64,000 nucleotides of DNA, from positions 101,227,242-101,291,241 of the forward strand of contig NC_081356.1 of the NCBI RefSeq assembly GCF_030684315.1. Reading direction: 5' to 3'. This DNA comes from Stegostoma tigrinum. Its lineage: Eukaryota. Under the pieces are notes generated by a model. It saw only the letters and a list, made by a program, of their open reading frames with translations, was not told the DNA's origin and did no database searches. The translations under genes and the position numbers were made by a program. Shown piece after piece: positions 12,179 to 26,113 of the stretch (position 1 is the first letter of the stretch; every line of letters starts with the position of its first letter).

Positions 12179-13416
12179 GTACCTATTTAAAAGGATAAAT
12201 TGAAAATAAGTTAACTTCGTAAATAGTTTTAACAATACAGAATTAGCGATTATTTTAAGTTAGTAAAGTAATACTTCAAAATTAAACAACTGAAAACTTG
12301 AAAGATGTTTTTTTAAAACCTAGCATGTTGTAGCATTTAAGGGCTGGAATCTCAGAGCACCGTAGTCCTCATCCTCTTGCCAAAAGGTTAGGGTGAGGAG
12401 CTGTGCCAAGGAAGGAAACAGCTGCCATGTGGCCAATTAATGATCCATTTGTCATTAATAAACTGGAGGTAGGACTTCCTCCCTTCAGACTGGAAGTCCT
12501 GACTCCACTCCTGGCCAGTCTCAGGCCAGCAATCTTCAGCACTGGCAGCAACTATGAGAGTGCTGGCAATTGCTGGTCTGCACTCGGTACTTGAGTTGTG
12601 CTGAATCGAGTTCTGCAAGTGGGTAAATGTTAGGGTGGCAGGGGGCAACATTTTGAGGAGATCATGAATGGAGGGGAATTTAGGGGGCACGTGCCTTGAC
12701 AGGGTGGAGTACCCTCCAAAAGGCCATTCTTAGCTCTAGAAGGAAACTATTCCCTCACCCCTGCCACTAGGTAAGCCTAGGATGGGGCCCCTTGTGATGA
12801 TTAATTGTCCACCAAAAGACATCAATTTGATCTGCAGTGTGTCAGCCACTTGTGCCACCCCAGCAGTAATAACAATGCAGTGGGAATGGGGAGGGAGAAT
12901 TGGGTGGTGGACAGATCAACTGATTTTATTTCTCTGCTCCCACCTTCAAAGCCAATGGTATGAAATCGTAAGTGCTAAGTACTCCAGAGTGAACCTGTAA
13001 GTTTTAACTGGAGAATGTAAATAAAATAGATACTTTTTGAGTTTTCTCATGGGAATTGCTACCAAATGTATCCTTCAGCTGATGGAGGGTTAGAGAGGAA
13101 TGTAACCAAGCTGCAGATCACAAGCTTGTTTGATCCTCACTTTAAAGTTGTGCATTCTTTATTTTGCAATGTGCCTCAAGTTTTGCTATTTAGCTATAAA
13201 CATTGTATGGTTATGAAATGTTGTATGAAAAGAGAAGTAGAATTTTTGGAGCAGAGGTACAAGAGAGTTGGAAGATCTAGAAGATGCAGAAATGAGGCAC
13301 CACACCACTAAAAGCAAGAGTTGCAATTAAAATATGACCTTTTTTTGTATGGGAATCTTAAATGGGAATTTATGAAGGAAAGACTTACAACTACCCATGT
13401 GCACAGACAGATACCA

Positions 13417-16129
13417 CGGCCGACGCCGACGGAACCCCGCCCACGGCCGACCTCATTGCTCCGCCCACAACCTCCACAGCCAGCAACCCCAGAGGAGACA
13501 GCCACACTGAGCCCTGCCGCATCTTCACCATCCCCCCAGACCTCCCACTGACTGAGGACGAACGGTCAGTCCTGAGTAAGGGGCTCACCTTTGTCCCCCT
13601 ACAACCACACATCAACGAATACCAGTCACAATTGGACATAGATCAGTTTTTCCGTCGTCTTCACCTCCATGCCTACTTCTTCAACCAGGAACCTAACCCT
13701 CCCTCCACTGACCCCTTCACCCGCTTCCAACACAAGTCCTCCTCCTGGACACCACCCCCAGGCCTCCTACCCTCCCTCGACCTCTTCATCTCCAACTGCC
13801 GTCGCGACATTAACCGCCTCAACCTCTCACCCACTCCAACCTCTCCCCTACAGAACGGGAAGCCCTCCGCTCCAACCCCAACCTCACCGTCAAACCCGCA
13901 GACAAGGGTGGCGCAGTGGTAGTATGGCGCACTGACCTCTACATCACCGAGGCCAGACGACAACTCTCCGACACCACCTCCTACCGCCCCCTTGATCATG
14001 ACCCCACACCCGAGCACCAAACCATCATCTCTAACACCATTCATGACCTCATCATCTCAGGGGACCTCCTACCCACAGCCTCCAACCTCATTGTTCCGCA
14101 ATCCCGCACGGCTCGTTTCTATCTCCTTCCCAAAATCCACAAACCTGTCTGCCCTGGTCGACCCATCGTCTCAACCTGCTCCTGCCCCACCGAACTCATC
14201 TCCACCTATCTGGACTCCATTTTCTCCCCTTTGGTCCAGGAACTCCCTACCTACGTCCGTGACACCACCCACGCCCTCCACCTCCTCCAGGACTTCCAAT
14301 TCCCTGGCCCCCAACACCTCATCTTCACCATGGACGTCCAGTCCCTATACACCTGCATTCCGCATGCAGATGGCCTCAGGGCCCTCCGCTTCTTCCTGTC
14401 CCGCAGGCCCGACCAGTCCCCCTCCACCGACACCCTCATCCGCCTAGCCGAACTCGTCCTCACCCTCAACAACTTCTCTTTTGACTCCTCCCACTTCCTA
14501 CAGACTAAAGGGGTGGCCATGGGCACCCGCATGGGCCCCAGCTAGGCCTGCCTCTTTGTAGGTTACGTGGAACAGTCCCTCTTCCGCACCTACACAGGCC
14601 CCAAACCCCACCTCTTCCTCCAGTACATTGATGACTGTATCGGCGCCGCCTCTTGCTCCCCAGAGGAGCTCGAACAGTTCATCCACTTCACCAACACCTT
14701 CCACCCCAACCTTCAGTTCCCCTGGGCCATCTCCAGCACATCCCTCACCTTCCTGGACCTCTTAGTCTCCATCTCAGGCAACCAGCTTGTAACTGATGTC
14801 CATTTCAGCCCACCGACTCCCACAGCTACCTAGAATACACCTCCCACCCACCCTCCTGCAAAAATTCCATCCCCTATTCCCAATTCCTCCGCCTCCGCTG
14901 CATCAGCTCCCACGATAAGACATTCCACTCACGCACATCCCAGATGTCCAAGTTCTTCAAGGACTGCAACTTTCCCCCCACAGTGATCGAGAACGCCCTT
15001 GACCGCGTCTCCCGTATTTCCCGCAACACATCCCTCACGCCCTGCCCCCGCCACAACCGCCCTAAGAGGATCCCCCTCGTTCTCACACACCACCCTACCA
15101 ACCTCCGGATACAACGCATCATCCTCCGACACTTCTGCCATCTACAATCCGACCCCACCACCCAAGACGTTTTTCCATCCCCATCCCTGTCTGCTTTCCG
15201 GAGAGACCACTCTCTCCGTGACTCCCTTGTTTGCTCCACACTGCCCTCCAACCCCACCACACCCGGCACCTTCCCCTGCAACCGCAGGAAATGCTACACC
15301 TGCCCCCACACCTCCCCCCTCACCCCTATCCCAGGCCCCAAGATGACATTCCACATTAAGCAGAGGTTCACCTACACATCTGCCAATGTGGAATACTGCA
15401 TCCACTGTACCCGGTGTGGCTTCCTCTACATTGGGGAAACCAAGCGGAGGCTTGGGGACCGCTTTGCAGAACACCTCCGCTCAGTTCGCAACAAACAACT
15501 GCACCTCCCAGTCGCAAACCATTTCCACTCCCCCTCCCATTCTTTAGATGACATGTCCAACATGGGCCTCCTGCAGTGCCACAATGATGCCACCCAAAGG
15601 TTGCAGGAACAGCAACTCATATTCCGCCTGGGAACCCTGCAGCCTAATGGTACCAATGTGGACTTCACCAGTTTCAAAATCTCCCCTTCCCCCACCGCAT
15701 CCCACAACCAGCCCAGCTTTTCCCCTCCACCCACTGCATCCCAAAACCAGTCCAACCTGTCTCTGCCTCCCTAACCTGTTCTTCCTCTCACCCATCCCTT
15801 CGTCCCACCCCAAGCTGCACCTCCATCTCCTACCTACTAACCTCATCCCACCTCCTTAACCTGTCCGTCTTCCCTGGACTGACCTATCCCCTCCCTACCT
15901 CCCCACCTGTACTCTCTCCACCTATCTTCTTTTCTCTCCATCTTCGGTCCGCCTCCCCCTCTCTCCCTATTTATTCCTGAACCCTCACCCCATCCCCCTC
16001 TCTGATGAAGGGTCTAGGCCCGAAACGTCAGCTTTTGTGCTCCTGAGATGCTGCTTGGCCTGCTGTGTTCATCCAGCCTCACATTTTATTATCTTGTATT
16101 CTCCAGCATCTGCAGTTCCCACTATCTCT
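13417..16129 (+). mobile_element. 5'-truncated Neptune-type Penelope-like element: RT, Cys linker, GIY-YIG endonuclease, 3' pLTR; disrupted
   Basis: ORF pieces 13362-13922, 13916-14545, 14567-14833 and 14944-15774 carry RPIVS, MDVQSLYT, GVAMG, YIDD, CNRRKCYTC and YCIHC..LYIGETKRRLGDRFAEH; TAG stop at 14543 plus frameshifts; candidate TSD GATACCA at 13410-13416 and 16130-16136. Confidence 0.92.
16002..16029 (+). ncRNA. Minimal type I hammerhead ribozyme motif in the Neptune pLTR
   Basis: CTGATGA-A-GGGTCTAGGCCC-GAAAC-GTC: intact core, palindromic stem II, minimal stem III. Confidence 0.75.
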
Positions 16130-16818
16130 GATACCATATTTGAACAGATTGGTTGGGCGAACGTCCATACTTTGTAGGGACGTTCGACGTTCTAGTTAGT
16201 TCTCTGCTAGCAAGTGATATAAATAGCAGGTAAATTTGTTTATTCTTTGTTGAACTTGAAAGCATAAGAATAAAACAGCTTTGCTTCTGATTAGTTAACA
16301 GTGGCACTTGCAGCAAAGGAATCTGGGAATTGTATGGAAACAGAATCACAATGAGCTACAGTTGCTTCCACAGTAAAAACAGCCTGCCACTGTGAATTGC
16401 CTAAGTTAAACTTTGAAAATTAGTGACTTTTTCAGGGCACCGTGGGCTTTTGGTTCTTGTGAAACCATTTTCCAGTATGAACCTCTACTTTAACAGGAAG
16501 GAAGAACAAATTAAACTTCTATGCAAGACCTCAATGAACAATGATGTAGTAGTGTCAGTTGTTGTATTTTTGTAATGAGTCATTCCCGTGACGAGCTCAC
16601 TGAAACTGGTGCTACTCTAAATTGTCCTTGTGCAGTAATCCTAAAATGTAGAATATGCTAAAGGTAATCAACTTTAAAATGATATTCCGTAATTTAACCA
16701 ATTAGCTTCTACACGCTGGTTTATTCAGATTTCTACTGCAACATATTTCATAATTGCAGTACTTCATCTGCATGTATATCTGCCTGCACATAAACATGGT
16801 AATCTTCTGACAACTCAG

Positions 16819-17013
16819 GCTGCCCATTGGAACTGAATTCAGCACAGAACCATAAAGGAAAAACTTTAGTAAAAGCAGGCATGTCTTCAAGAGGAAAACA
16901 GAAAGAAAAATCTTCAAAGGCAAATGAAAAGGGAGGTGGCCTGCACACCATTGGAAGCAAGGACCAATCTCTCTTCCTGTTTCGAGCTCTGGGAAAAATA
17001 ATTTATTGTAAAC
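16819..17013 (+). CDS. RAD17: RAD17 exon (basic linker, then IGSKDQSLFLFRALGKIIYCK)
   Basis: Matches human IGGKDVSLFLFRALGKILYCKR; CAG acceptor, GTAAGT donor; phases consistent. Confidence 0.9.
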
Positions 17014-17279
17014 GTAAGTAGAACAAATCTTTTGACAGCTTCTTCCAAATCTGTTTGAATTTGTCAATTTGTGCAGGATTCACTGCGTTTGTATATGAGC
17101 AGGGCAGTTATCCTATTTTACACAATATATTAATTGCCCAAATTAAATAGGTTTACATTATTTTAAGGCCTCAACATTAATTGATCCAAGTAGACATATC
17201 CTGAAGTAAAGTATGACTAACTGGTTTCTTCTTGAATAGGATCAACTAAAGAATATTTTACACTTGTAATGCTACAAAG

Positions 17280-18020
17280 TATGATGTCAGGTGGTAGGAG
17301 ATAGAAGGACAAGTATTACAACTTCTGCAGTTGCATGGGAGGTGCCATGGGGGGGAAGAATGAAGTAGTGTTATGAGTGTGGAGGAGAGCACCAGGATGT
17401 TAGGGACAGAATGGACACCGCAGAATGCCGACAAGGGAGAGGACGGTGAGAGGTTGCAGAAATAGTGAGGATGATCTTTGAATACAGAGGCTAGTGTGAT
17501 GTAAAGTGAGAACAAGAGAATGCCTGTTGTTGTTCTGAGAGCAATGGTAAGGGATGAGGCACAAGTGATGGAAATGTCAGAAATGGTTGAAGACATATGT
17601 GGGAAATGGGTCAGACAAGGCTGAAGACCCTGTCACTCGGTGGTTGTTGTCCTTGGTTAAGAAAAGAGATGTCAGAAGCACCCCTGTGGCAGGTGGCATT
17701 ATTGCAGCAGATAATCAAAGAAACTGGTAGAATCGAATGGAACCTTTACAGAAAGAAATTCATGATGATACTTAGTCAAGGTAACTGCGAGTCAGTCGGT
17801 TTGTAATGGATATTGGTCCTGCCTCCAGAAATGGAAACAGATCGGTTCTCGTTTCTGGGGTTAGATGAAAATGAGAGAAGAATCAGACTTCGCAAAATTG
17901 ATACATCTTCCAATTTTGGAGGAGAGGAGGAAGCACCAGCAATGTTATTGTCAGTGATCCTGAGAAAAGTGTTTGGAGGGTAGTGGGCAGAAGGACTGGA
18001 GCAAGATCTGCCCTGTATTA
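17280..18020 (-). mobile_element. Degenerate Neptune-type Penelope fragment
   Basis: Minus-strand translation has LSAF and CNCRSCNTCP, homologous to the 15.2-15.3 kb region. Confidence 0.65.
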
Positions 18021-18519
18021 ACAATTATTTTTAACACATGATCGATTTATTTCCACATAATCTACTACTTAAATCTATTTTAAATGAGATTAAGTGCCTT
18101 TTTTTAGGAGGAGGAATGTTTTAATGGCATACCTGAAATGTTCTTGTGTGGTTTTCCTCAACAAGTCATTTTTTTATGACATCATCGATTTATCCTGCAT
18201 TCATCAGAAGGAAGACTTGACGACATTAATGGGATTCATCACAATGTCTCCTTTTATCTTAGAAAATCGTCATCATAGATGACTAATACTGAACTTTTTT
18301 TCTATATCAAGTATGCCCTAATAAACTTAACTTCCCTAATAAAAAATGCTTTCCTGACTGCAGCCAGGAACATCAAAACAAAGTTAAACAGGTTATGCAA
18401 TTTTGCTTTGCGTTATTTCATTGGCTACAAAATAGAGCAGTGGCTGTACTTCTGAAGTAACTAAACAGAGGTGAAAAGGTTTGAAATGATATGTTATACT
18501 AAGTACAATGCAGATCTTC

Positions 18520-18865
18520 CTCCCTTCCTTCCTCCCTCTCACCTCAAGCCCCACCCTATCTCCTACTGACTGACCTCATCCCACCCCCTTGACCTGTCCA
18601 TACTCGCTGGACTGACCTATCTACTCCCTACCTCCCCACCTGCACTCACCTTTACTGGCTACATCCCCGCCTCTTTGACTGGTCTATCTCGTCTCCACTT
18701 ATCTTCTCCTCTATCCATCTCCTATCTGCCTTCCCCTCTCTCCCTATTTATTTCAGAACACCCCTCCCCTCCCCCCACTACTGAAGAAGGGCCTGGACCC
18801 GAAACTTCAGCTTTCCTGCTCCTCTGATGCTGCTTGGCCTGCTGTGTTCATACAGCCCTACACCT
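18520..18865 (+). mobile_element. Neptune 3' UTR/pLTR fragment with a hammerhead motif at 18781-18808
   Basis: Aligns by eye to 15790-16080; CTGAAGA-A-GGGCCTGGACCC-GAAAC-TTC. Confidence 0.8.
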
Positions 18866-18899
18866 GAGTGCAAAAAGTTGACGTTGGCAGTCAAGTGAA

Positions 18900-19210
18900 A
18901 TTCAGATTGAGTGCTGCACTCTCAAGACACCATCTTTCATTTGAGACATTAAACCGAGGCTTCCGTGTTCAGTTGGCTGCATATAAATGATCTCATGGCA
19001 CTATTTTGACAGGCTGAGTTATTCCAGTGTCCTGGACAGTTGTTATTGCTCAATCAACATCACACCAGATATTCTAGTCAATATTGTATTGCTGTTTGAA
19101 AGGTTTTTTAATGTGCTTCCTACCTTATAACAATGACTATACATCATTTGATTGCAAAGTTCTAGGAGATATTGATCATAAAAAGCACGATCGAAATGCA
19201 AGTGTCTTTT
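18900..19210 (+). mobile_element. Deu-domain SINE (SacSINE1-like) remnant
   Basis: Deu-domain words GAGTGCTGCACT, TGAGACATTAAACCGAGG and ATGGCACTATTTTG, with the tail AAATGCAAGT; a weaker copy lies at about 33590-33760. Confidence 0.7.
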
Positions 19211-19224
19211 TTTAATCAACTCTA

Positions 19225-20168
19225 TAAAACAGGACAGTACAGGCCCTTCGGCCCTCGATGTTGCGTCGATCTGTGAAACCAATCTGAAGCCCATCTAACC
19301 TACACTGTTCCATTATTATCCATGTTTATCAGATGACCATTTAAATACCTTAAACTTGGCAAGTCTGCTACTGTTGCAGGCAGGGCATTCCACGCCCTTA
19401 CTACTCTCTGAGTAAAGAACCTACCTCTGACATCTGTCCTATATCTATCACCCCTCAATTTAAAGCTATGTCCCCTCGTGCTAGCCAACGCCATCTGAGG
19501 AAAAAAGCTCTCACTGTCCACCCTATCTAATCCTCTGATCATCTTGTATGTCTCTGTTAGGTCACCTTAACCTTCTTCTCTCTCACGAAAACAGCCTCAC
19601 ATCCCTCAGCCTTTCCTCACAAGATCTTCCCTCCATACCAGGCAACATCCTGGTCAATCTCCTCTGCACCCTTTCCAATGCTTCCACATCCTTCCTATAA
19701 TGCGGCAACCAGAACTGCACGCAATACTTCTCGTGTGGCCGCACCAGAGTTTTGTACAGTTGCAACATGACCTCGTGGCTCCACAACTCAATCCCTCTAC
19801 CAATAAAACCTAACACACTGTACGCCTCCTTAACAACCCTATCAACCTGGGTGGCAACTTTCAGGGATCTATGGACGTGGACACTGAATCTCACTGCTCA
19901 TCCACACTACCAAGAATCTTACCATTGTACTCTTTGTACTCTTTGAATACTTTGTATTCCTGTTACTCCTTCCAAAGTGAATCACCTCACACTTTTCCGC
20001 ATTAAACTCCATTTGCCACCTCTCAGCCCAGCTCTGCAGCTTATCAATGTCCCTCTGTAACCTGCAATATCCTTCTGCACTATCCACAACTCCACTGACT
20101 TTAGTGTCATCTGCAAATTTACCAAAACATTCTTTATTGCCCTCATCCAGGTCATTTATAAAAATGTT
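19225..20168 (-). mobile_element. CR1 LINE 3' fragment
   Basis: FINDLD..KFADDTK, LYKTLVRPH and TRGHSFKL..FFTQRVV, with a 3' stem-loop like the 62.8 kb copy. Confidence 0.92.
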
Positions 20169-21663
20169 CATTTTAAGTACTGTGCTTTTTTTTTGATTTG
20201 CTGGTTTAGGTTAAAATATGGTCTAAATTTGAATATTTACACTGTTTGAATTTTAAGCACCAGCTGCTGTGTTGATTTGCTAAACTGGATCAGAAAGTCT
20301 TGATTTTAGAGTTCCTTTATTGTGGTAAATCGAGATTTGACCTGTAGAATGAGTCCTGTTTGGTTTCAGTTTATACATTAACTTATTTTATTTTTCCATG
20401 TAATTAGCATGAGATGGTAGTGTTTGAGATCAATTGCACATAACTTTTCAATAACAGCATGTGTTAATTTAGTAGAAATGCCTTAAGACACAGAAAGAGA
20501 CTGTTCAGCGAATCAAGTCTGCTTGGCCGTTCAGTGGTATCATGGCTGACTGCAGCACTCTGTAAAGAATTTCACAGATTCACTAGTCTTAAGGAAAATA
20601 AATTATCCTTTGTTTCTGTTTTAAATAGATGATCACTTACTCTGCAATTTATGCCCTCTACTCCTAGACTATCCCATAAGGGGAAGCAAATTCTCCGCAT
20701 CTACACTATAAATTCCCCTAAGAGCCTTAACTATTTCAACAAGGTCAGCTTTCATTCTTATAAATGGCAATTTCTGCAGACCTAAATCTACTTTAACCTT
20801 TCCTGACAAGAAAATTCTAACCAGGATCACTGGTTACTTCACAGTATTGTAAATAGAAATAGAAACTGAACCAAAGAAACAAATACCAAGAGGGGTTGTG
20901 AAAGTTTGAACAACGTTTTTTGTTTTTTATTTAAGAAGCCAGGTGAGCTAGAAGCCCGGTGAGAAAATGGGAATGGACAAGACGTTAGAGTTGAAGGATC
21001 ATTATCAAGACTGTGTTAGTTTTTTTTTAAATTGTGGATTGAAATGGGAAAATGACTGATTTGAAAAGCGAAGATTGTGGAAAGTATAACAGTACTTTTT
21101 AAAACCTGTTAGCTAACACACATTTGTAGGATGTAAGTGCTGGTTGTTTGATGGGCTGGAGACAGCAGTTACGTAAGGAGATAATTACATAAGGAATGAG
21201 ATTTGTCCAACTACATGTTCGTGATGGTTTGTGAAGTGGTGCTCAGTTGTTCAAAACTAAGGCCTTCTGCATGCCCACAACAGTGTTGTTGCCAGGTAGC
21301 TGAACAGCTTGTGGTTATGAATGTTTTTGCAAAAGCCATCAGACCTCAAAGAAGCAAAAAGTTTGCCATTCTCTCCTGTAAAAATGACATGTTTTTTTTC
21401 TTTTATTCGCTCATTGGATGTGGGTGTCACTGGGGAACCACAAAAGAATCACTTGACCTGCAATGTTAACTCTGATTTCTCTCCACAGATGCTGCCAGAC
21501 CTGCTGAGCTTTACCAGCAAATTCTGTTTTCATTAACTTTGTTGCAATTTATTCCAAATATACTTCTGTTCAGAAATCCAGCTTTTGAAATAGTTATCTC
21601 TCAAATTTGTCTATTTATTTATACTTGGCCAGTTTTCTTTTAATGAACAATTTTATTTTTAAG

Positions 21664-21749
21664 GAGAGCTGCCGAATGACTTGAATTTGAATCCATTACC
21701 AATCCATTTATCTGAGCATGAAAGGGATCCACTTCTGATCAATCCTGAG
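21664..21749 (+). CDS. RAD17: RAD17 exon (RELPNDLNLNPLPIHLSEHERDPLLINPE)
   Basis: Matches human PRLPSHLSEYERDTLLVEPE; poly-T/AAG acceptor, GTAAGA donor. Confidence 0.92.
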
Positions 21750-22056
21750 GTAAGATGAATCCTAGGCAGAAACACTGAAGGTGGGAGTGGGTGGGCCATG
21801 TCAAATATTCACATGCTTTGCATTGTTTCTATGTTTGTCAATTCAAATTTTCAGCTTTGCCCAAACTTCCATTTCAGTTTTGTTTTGGGCATTCAGGACA
21901 AGATACTATCAAAGGAGACTTGGAATTGTTTGCCAGTTAACAAAATAAATTCCTGGAAGGGCATAGACTTAAAGAATAAATTGTTAAAATTATTAAAATT
22001 TATAGCGTCACTTTACATCAGTTTTTAAGCATGTTTTTATGTGATCCATATTTCAG

Positions 22057-22203
22057 GAGGTGATTGAAAATTCACACATGTCTGAGGAGCTATTCAATCT
22101 TTATCTTCACCAAAATTACCTTGATTTCTTCAGCGACATAGAAGACGTTGTACGGGCTAGTGAATATCTTAGTGATGCAGATTTCTTAACGGTAGATTGG
22201 AAT
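22057..22203 (+). CDS. RAD17: RAD17 exon (EVIENSHMSEELFNLYLHQNYLDFFSDIEDVVRASEYLSDADFLTVDWN)
   Basis: Strong match to human EVVEMSHMPGDLFNLYLHQNYIDFFMEIDDIVRASEFLSFADILSGDWN; CAG/GTAAGT. Confidence 0.95.
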
Positions 22204-24606
22204 GTAAGTAACTGATGCATAGCAACACCGTGGTAATTTTCTTAAATCCAATAATTATGTTTGAAATATAAGGGAAGGACTGGATCTCCTCCTGTGTTTT
22301 GCTTTTGAGCTAGTTAGTGTACATTGCTTATTAATTTGTTGCCACTAATGATGGAAATAAGTTTGAAATTTCAGAAGGTATGTGTACTAGGGCTGTATAC
22401 TACCACTTTTTTTTGATTTTCATTTAATAAAAGCTAACAATCTTTTAAAATATTGTGTGATGTTTTCAAACTTTGGGGAAACTGCTTAAATCACAGGCAT
22501 TGATGCTATAACTCTGGTGCTTTTCAAAAAACGTTTACTTTTTGAGTACGCTTGCTTTAAAAAAACAATTTTATTTAATGGATGTGAATTAAGGAAGCCA
22601 AGCAGTGGCCTTTTCTCATAGTATGCCATGTAGCCTGTAATCCTTCATAATGTGCAGCATTATTTGTGTCCCCTCACAAGTGAATAATGGATTTGCACTG
22701 AGCAGTGACAGTTGACTGCATGGAGGCCTTGACTGTCCTGAACCTGTTTAACAAGGTTAATTATTAAATTGTAGTTCAAAATCTGCAATTTGATAGATTG
22801 GGTTTGTCACAAGGAATTTATTAGTGACTTTCCTTGCTTCTGATTGCTTGATCCAAAAGACTGTGGATTTTGCTCAGGAATCTTGTGCAGGAATAGGCCT
22901 TCAACCTTCATGTCTAATCACCATTTTATAATCACTCTAGTTAATAGCCTGTCCCTGCTTTTGACCCATATTCTTTAATCCCTTCAGCCCGAGTGCTGTA
23001 TTCAACTCCTTCTTGAAATCACACCATGTTTTGGCCTCGAATGCTATCTGTGGTAGCAAATTCCATAGGTGCAGCACTCTCTAGATGAAGAAACTTCTCC
23101 TTATCTCAATCCTTTGCCAGTGACCCCTGGTTCTGAACTCTCCCATCATTGGCAATTTTTCTTTTTGCACCAATCCTGTCCAATCCTGTTCGAACTTTAT
23201 TGTTTTGTAAGAGGTCCCCCTTTCATTCTTTTGAACTCCAGTGAACATAATATCCTAACCAATTTGAACTTCTCATGAAACATCAGTCCTGCCATCGTAG
23301 ACTGGCAGTGAGGCAATTTCAGAAGCTTGTGGCTTTCATCAGTCAGTGGATATGAGGGGGAATGTTGTTTTGTGAGGAATCAGCAGAGTGAAATTTCTGG
23401 TGCACATTGCTGTATTCAATTAAGTGTCAACAAAGTTTGTGAATGGGGCTATGTGTATTTGTGTATGCATGTGTGATTATTAGATTTGTAACAGCAGTGC
23501 CCCATGTAAACCCAGTAGTTACCAAGGATCGCTACTGAAAACTGCAAAGTTCTAACCAGAGTCAGTCAGCCATGTTGGGTTGCAGTTGTGCCTTAATCTT
23601 TAGCCATCCATATAGAAATGCAATTTTTTTTTGAAACTAGCATTGTGGAGCTGGAATTTACAGGATATGGTTTCAGAGGCTTTGAGAAAACATGATTTTG
23701 TGAACTTTTCGAATAAAATTAACAAAAATCCTACAGAAAAATATTAAAAAACACATCACTTTTTGATTGTAAATAAATATCAGACTGGGGTTGAAAAGTG
23801 GCCAAAAGAAGCCCTTCCCACAACCATAATACACTCCTGGGCAGGCTTCCCTGTTTTTATACTCTTGATGACACATCAATATTCCTGACAAAGGTATTAG
23901 TCCTATGTTGTCCAAACGATCAGACTTAAATTTAATAGGTTTTTGGTATCCAAGTACCTGGTTCAAATTGATTGGCTAAATTCAACAACCTGTTGACTGG
24001 GTGAAATCTGCTGCTTGGCCTCCTAACTGATAACTTGGCCTTTTGATACAAATGTTTCAAATGTGGGTGTTGTCTGTGTACTGGCAAACTTTCAAGCTGC
24101 TGCTCACAGACATTCTTGTTCAAATTTCCACCACAGAGAAAGCACATAATCTTTTAAAGGGATCCACAATGCTTCTCCCACCCCTCCCGCCCTAGCATTT
24201 TAAAACACCAAATTCTGACTTCCTGGCTCACATTCCACATGTACACTCCCAACTTGGCAACGTTTAAAGCTTGGACAGTGTAATATTCCCATTAATTGGC
24301 TTTGTAACAAATTCATTTGAGTGTCAACTATTTATTTCACACTCAGTTGGGTAGAATGCTGATGAGCTGGTCACCCCTTGTATTTTACTTGCTCCTGTGC
24401 TAGGCAATGGGTCTATAAAATCCAGCCCACTAAATGTGTCTTTTCAACAGAATTTATACATGACTCCTCTCTCCCCAAAAATGTTTTGTTGTTTTCACTT
24501 TTCCTAACCAGCTTTCATCATTCTGTCTGCATAACTATCTCCACTTCAAATCTGTTCTTTCAGATGCACTTGGGGAATTACAATTCAGACTTGATTTATC
24601 TGTATA

Positions 24607-24810
24607 AAAACCGAAAGAACTGCGGATGCTGTAAATCAGGAACAAAAACAAAGTTGCCGGAAAAGCTCAGCAGGCCTGGCATCATCTGTGAAGGAGAAAA
24701 GAGTTAACATTTCAGGTCCGGTGACCCTTCCTCAGAACTCCCGTTTTCTCCTCCACAGATGCTGTCAGGCCTGCTGAGCTTTTCCGGCAACTTTGTTTTT
24801 GTTCCTGATT
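24607..24810. mobile_element. Fold-back Penelope pLTR remnant
   Basis: Inverted arms AATCAGGAACAAAAACAAAGTTGCCGGAAAAGCTCAGCAGG... and its reverse complement; degenerate hammerhead on the minus strand (CTGAGGA-A-GGGTCACCGGACCT-GAAA). Confidence 0.75.
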
Positions 24811-25966
24811 ATTTCTACGTTCGACTTTTTTTTTTGTTCCATGTTTTGTTCACATTAGTTTATTGTGTAATCTGTAGTCTTTATTTATCTGCAGACAGCT
24901 TCTGTTGCTTCAGTGATGTTGCTAACAAAGGCATATTTCTAAGGAAATTGGAAGGCAGATGAAGTGTTATGTTCATATTCTTATTCAAATTCTTTGTAAG
25001 TGGGAAGAACATTTTTAAAGTAAGGCGGCAAGAACTGTGATTAAAGGCTGTTCGTACACAAGTTTTCAACTCTAGCAGGATAGATGTATTTGTTTTTAAT
25101 TAACCTAGTTTTGTGTATTGTGATACACCTCTGTTGCCGTAATTCTGAGGTAGGGCGTGAACCCAGACTTTCTGACCCAGAGTCAACACTAGTTTGGCCC
25201 TGTCTTGGGTCCAATTCTTGGCACCACAACTTTGGAAATATGTGAAGTCTTTGGCGAAGGTGCAGAGAAATTTACTAAAACGGTTCCAGGAATGAAGTAA
25301 TAGAGCCACAAAGATTGCCTAAACAAGTTGTCCTCGTACTTTGAAGATAGAAGTCTCAAAGGAGATTTGATAAGTTTAAAGCTGGGATTCTTGTGATTCA
25401 CAGTGACACAGTGGTAGTTTGCTTATCTCTGAGCCAGGAGAGCTGGGTTCAAGTCCCTTCTACTCCAAAGCTGTGTAATAATATCTCTGAACAAGTTATT
25501 TCGAGAATGTTAAAATCAAGAAAAGTTTTTAATTGGAAAAAATGGAGCGTCTCCTGTAATTGGCCGAAGGGCCATTAACCAGTGGACATAAATTCTGAGT
25601 GCTTTGCAAAAGGGCCAGAAATAAGAGAAGGAAAAGCATTTGTACATATCAGGCGGTTACAGTTTGGAAAGCAATAACTGAGTATCCACCACCCTTTCAT
25701 TTGTAGCCTTCACAGGGAAATTGGATAAATTCTTAAATAAAGAGAAAAATCGTTGGACTGTGGAAGGGGGAGTGAAGCAACTTGATTTTGAAAGCGTTGA
25801 CCAGCCTACTTTATGATTCTACATAACTGGAAAGCAGATATATATTTTGCATTGTATCCTAATTTACAGACAAATTAAACTCTGAGAATTGGTCATGTTT
25901 ATGGTCCTATCTCGCACCAAATTTTAATATACCTATTTCTCTGTACATTCAATACAACTTCCTTAG

Positions 25967-26113
25967 AATCGTTCAACTATGCAGAAATATAGTACGTCTG
26001 TGGCCGCACGAGGGTTGATTCATGCTAACAAAGCTAGAGCTCGAGCTAATTGTAGAGGAGGAGCTGGCTTCAAACCTTTACACAAACCACAGTGGCTCTC
26101 AATAAGTAGAAAG
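25967..26113 (+). CDS. RAD17: RAD17 exon (NRSTMQKYSTSVAARGLIHANKARARANCRGGAGFKPLHKPQWLSISRK)
   Basis: Matches human TRSLLREYSTSIATRGVMHSNKARGYAHCQGGGSSFRPLHKPQWFLINKK; TAG/GTATGT. Confidence 0.94.

Noticed and set aside
13308-15859. Many overlapping alternative-frame and antisense ORFs
   Set aside because: By-products of the C-rich, stop-poor Penelope coding strand.
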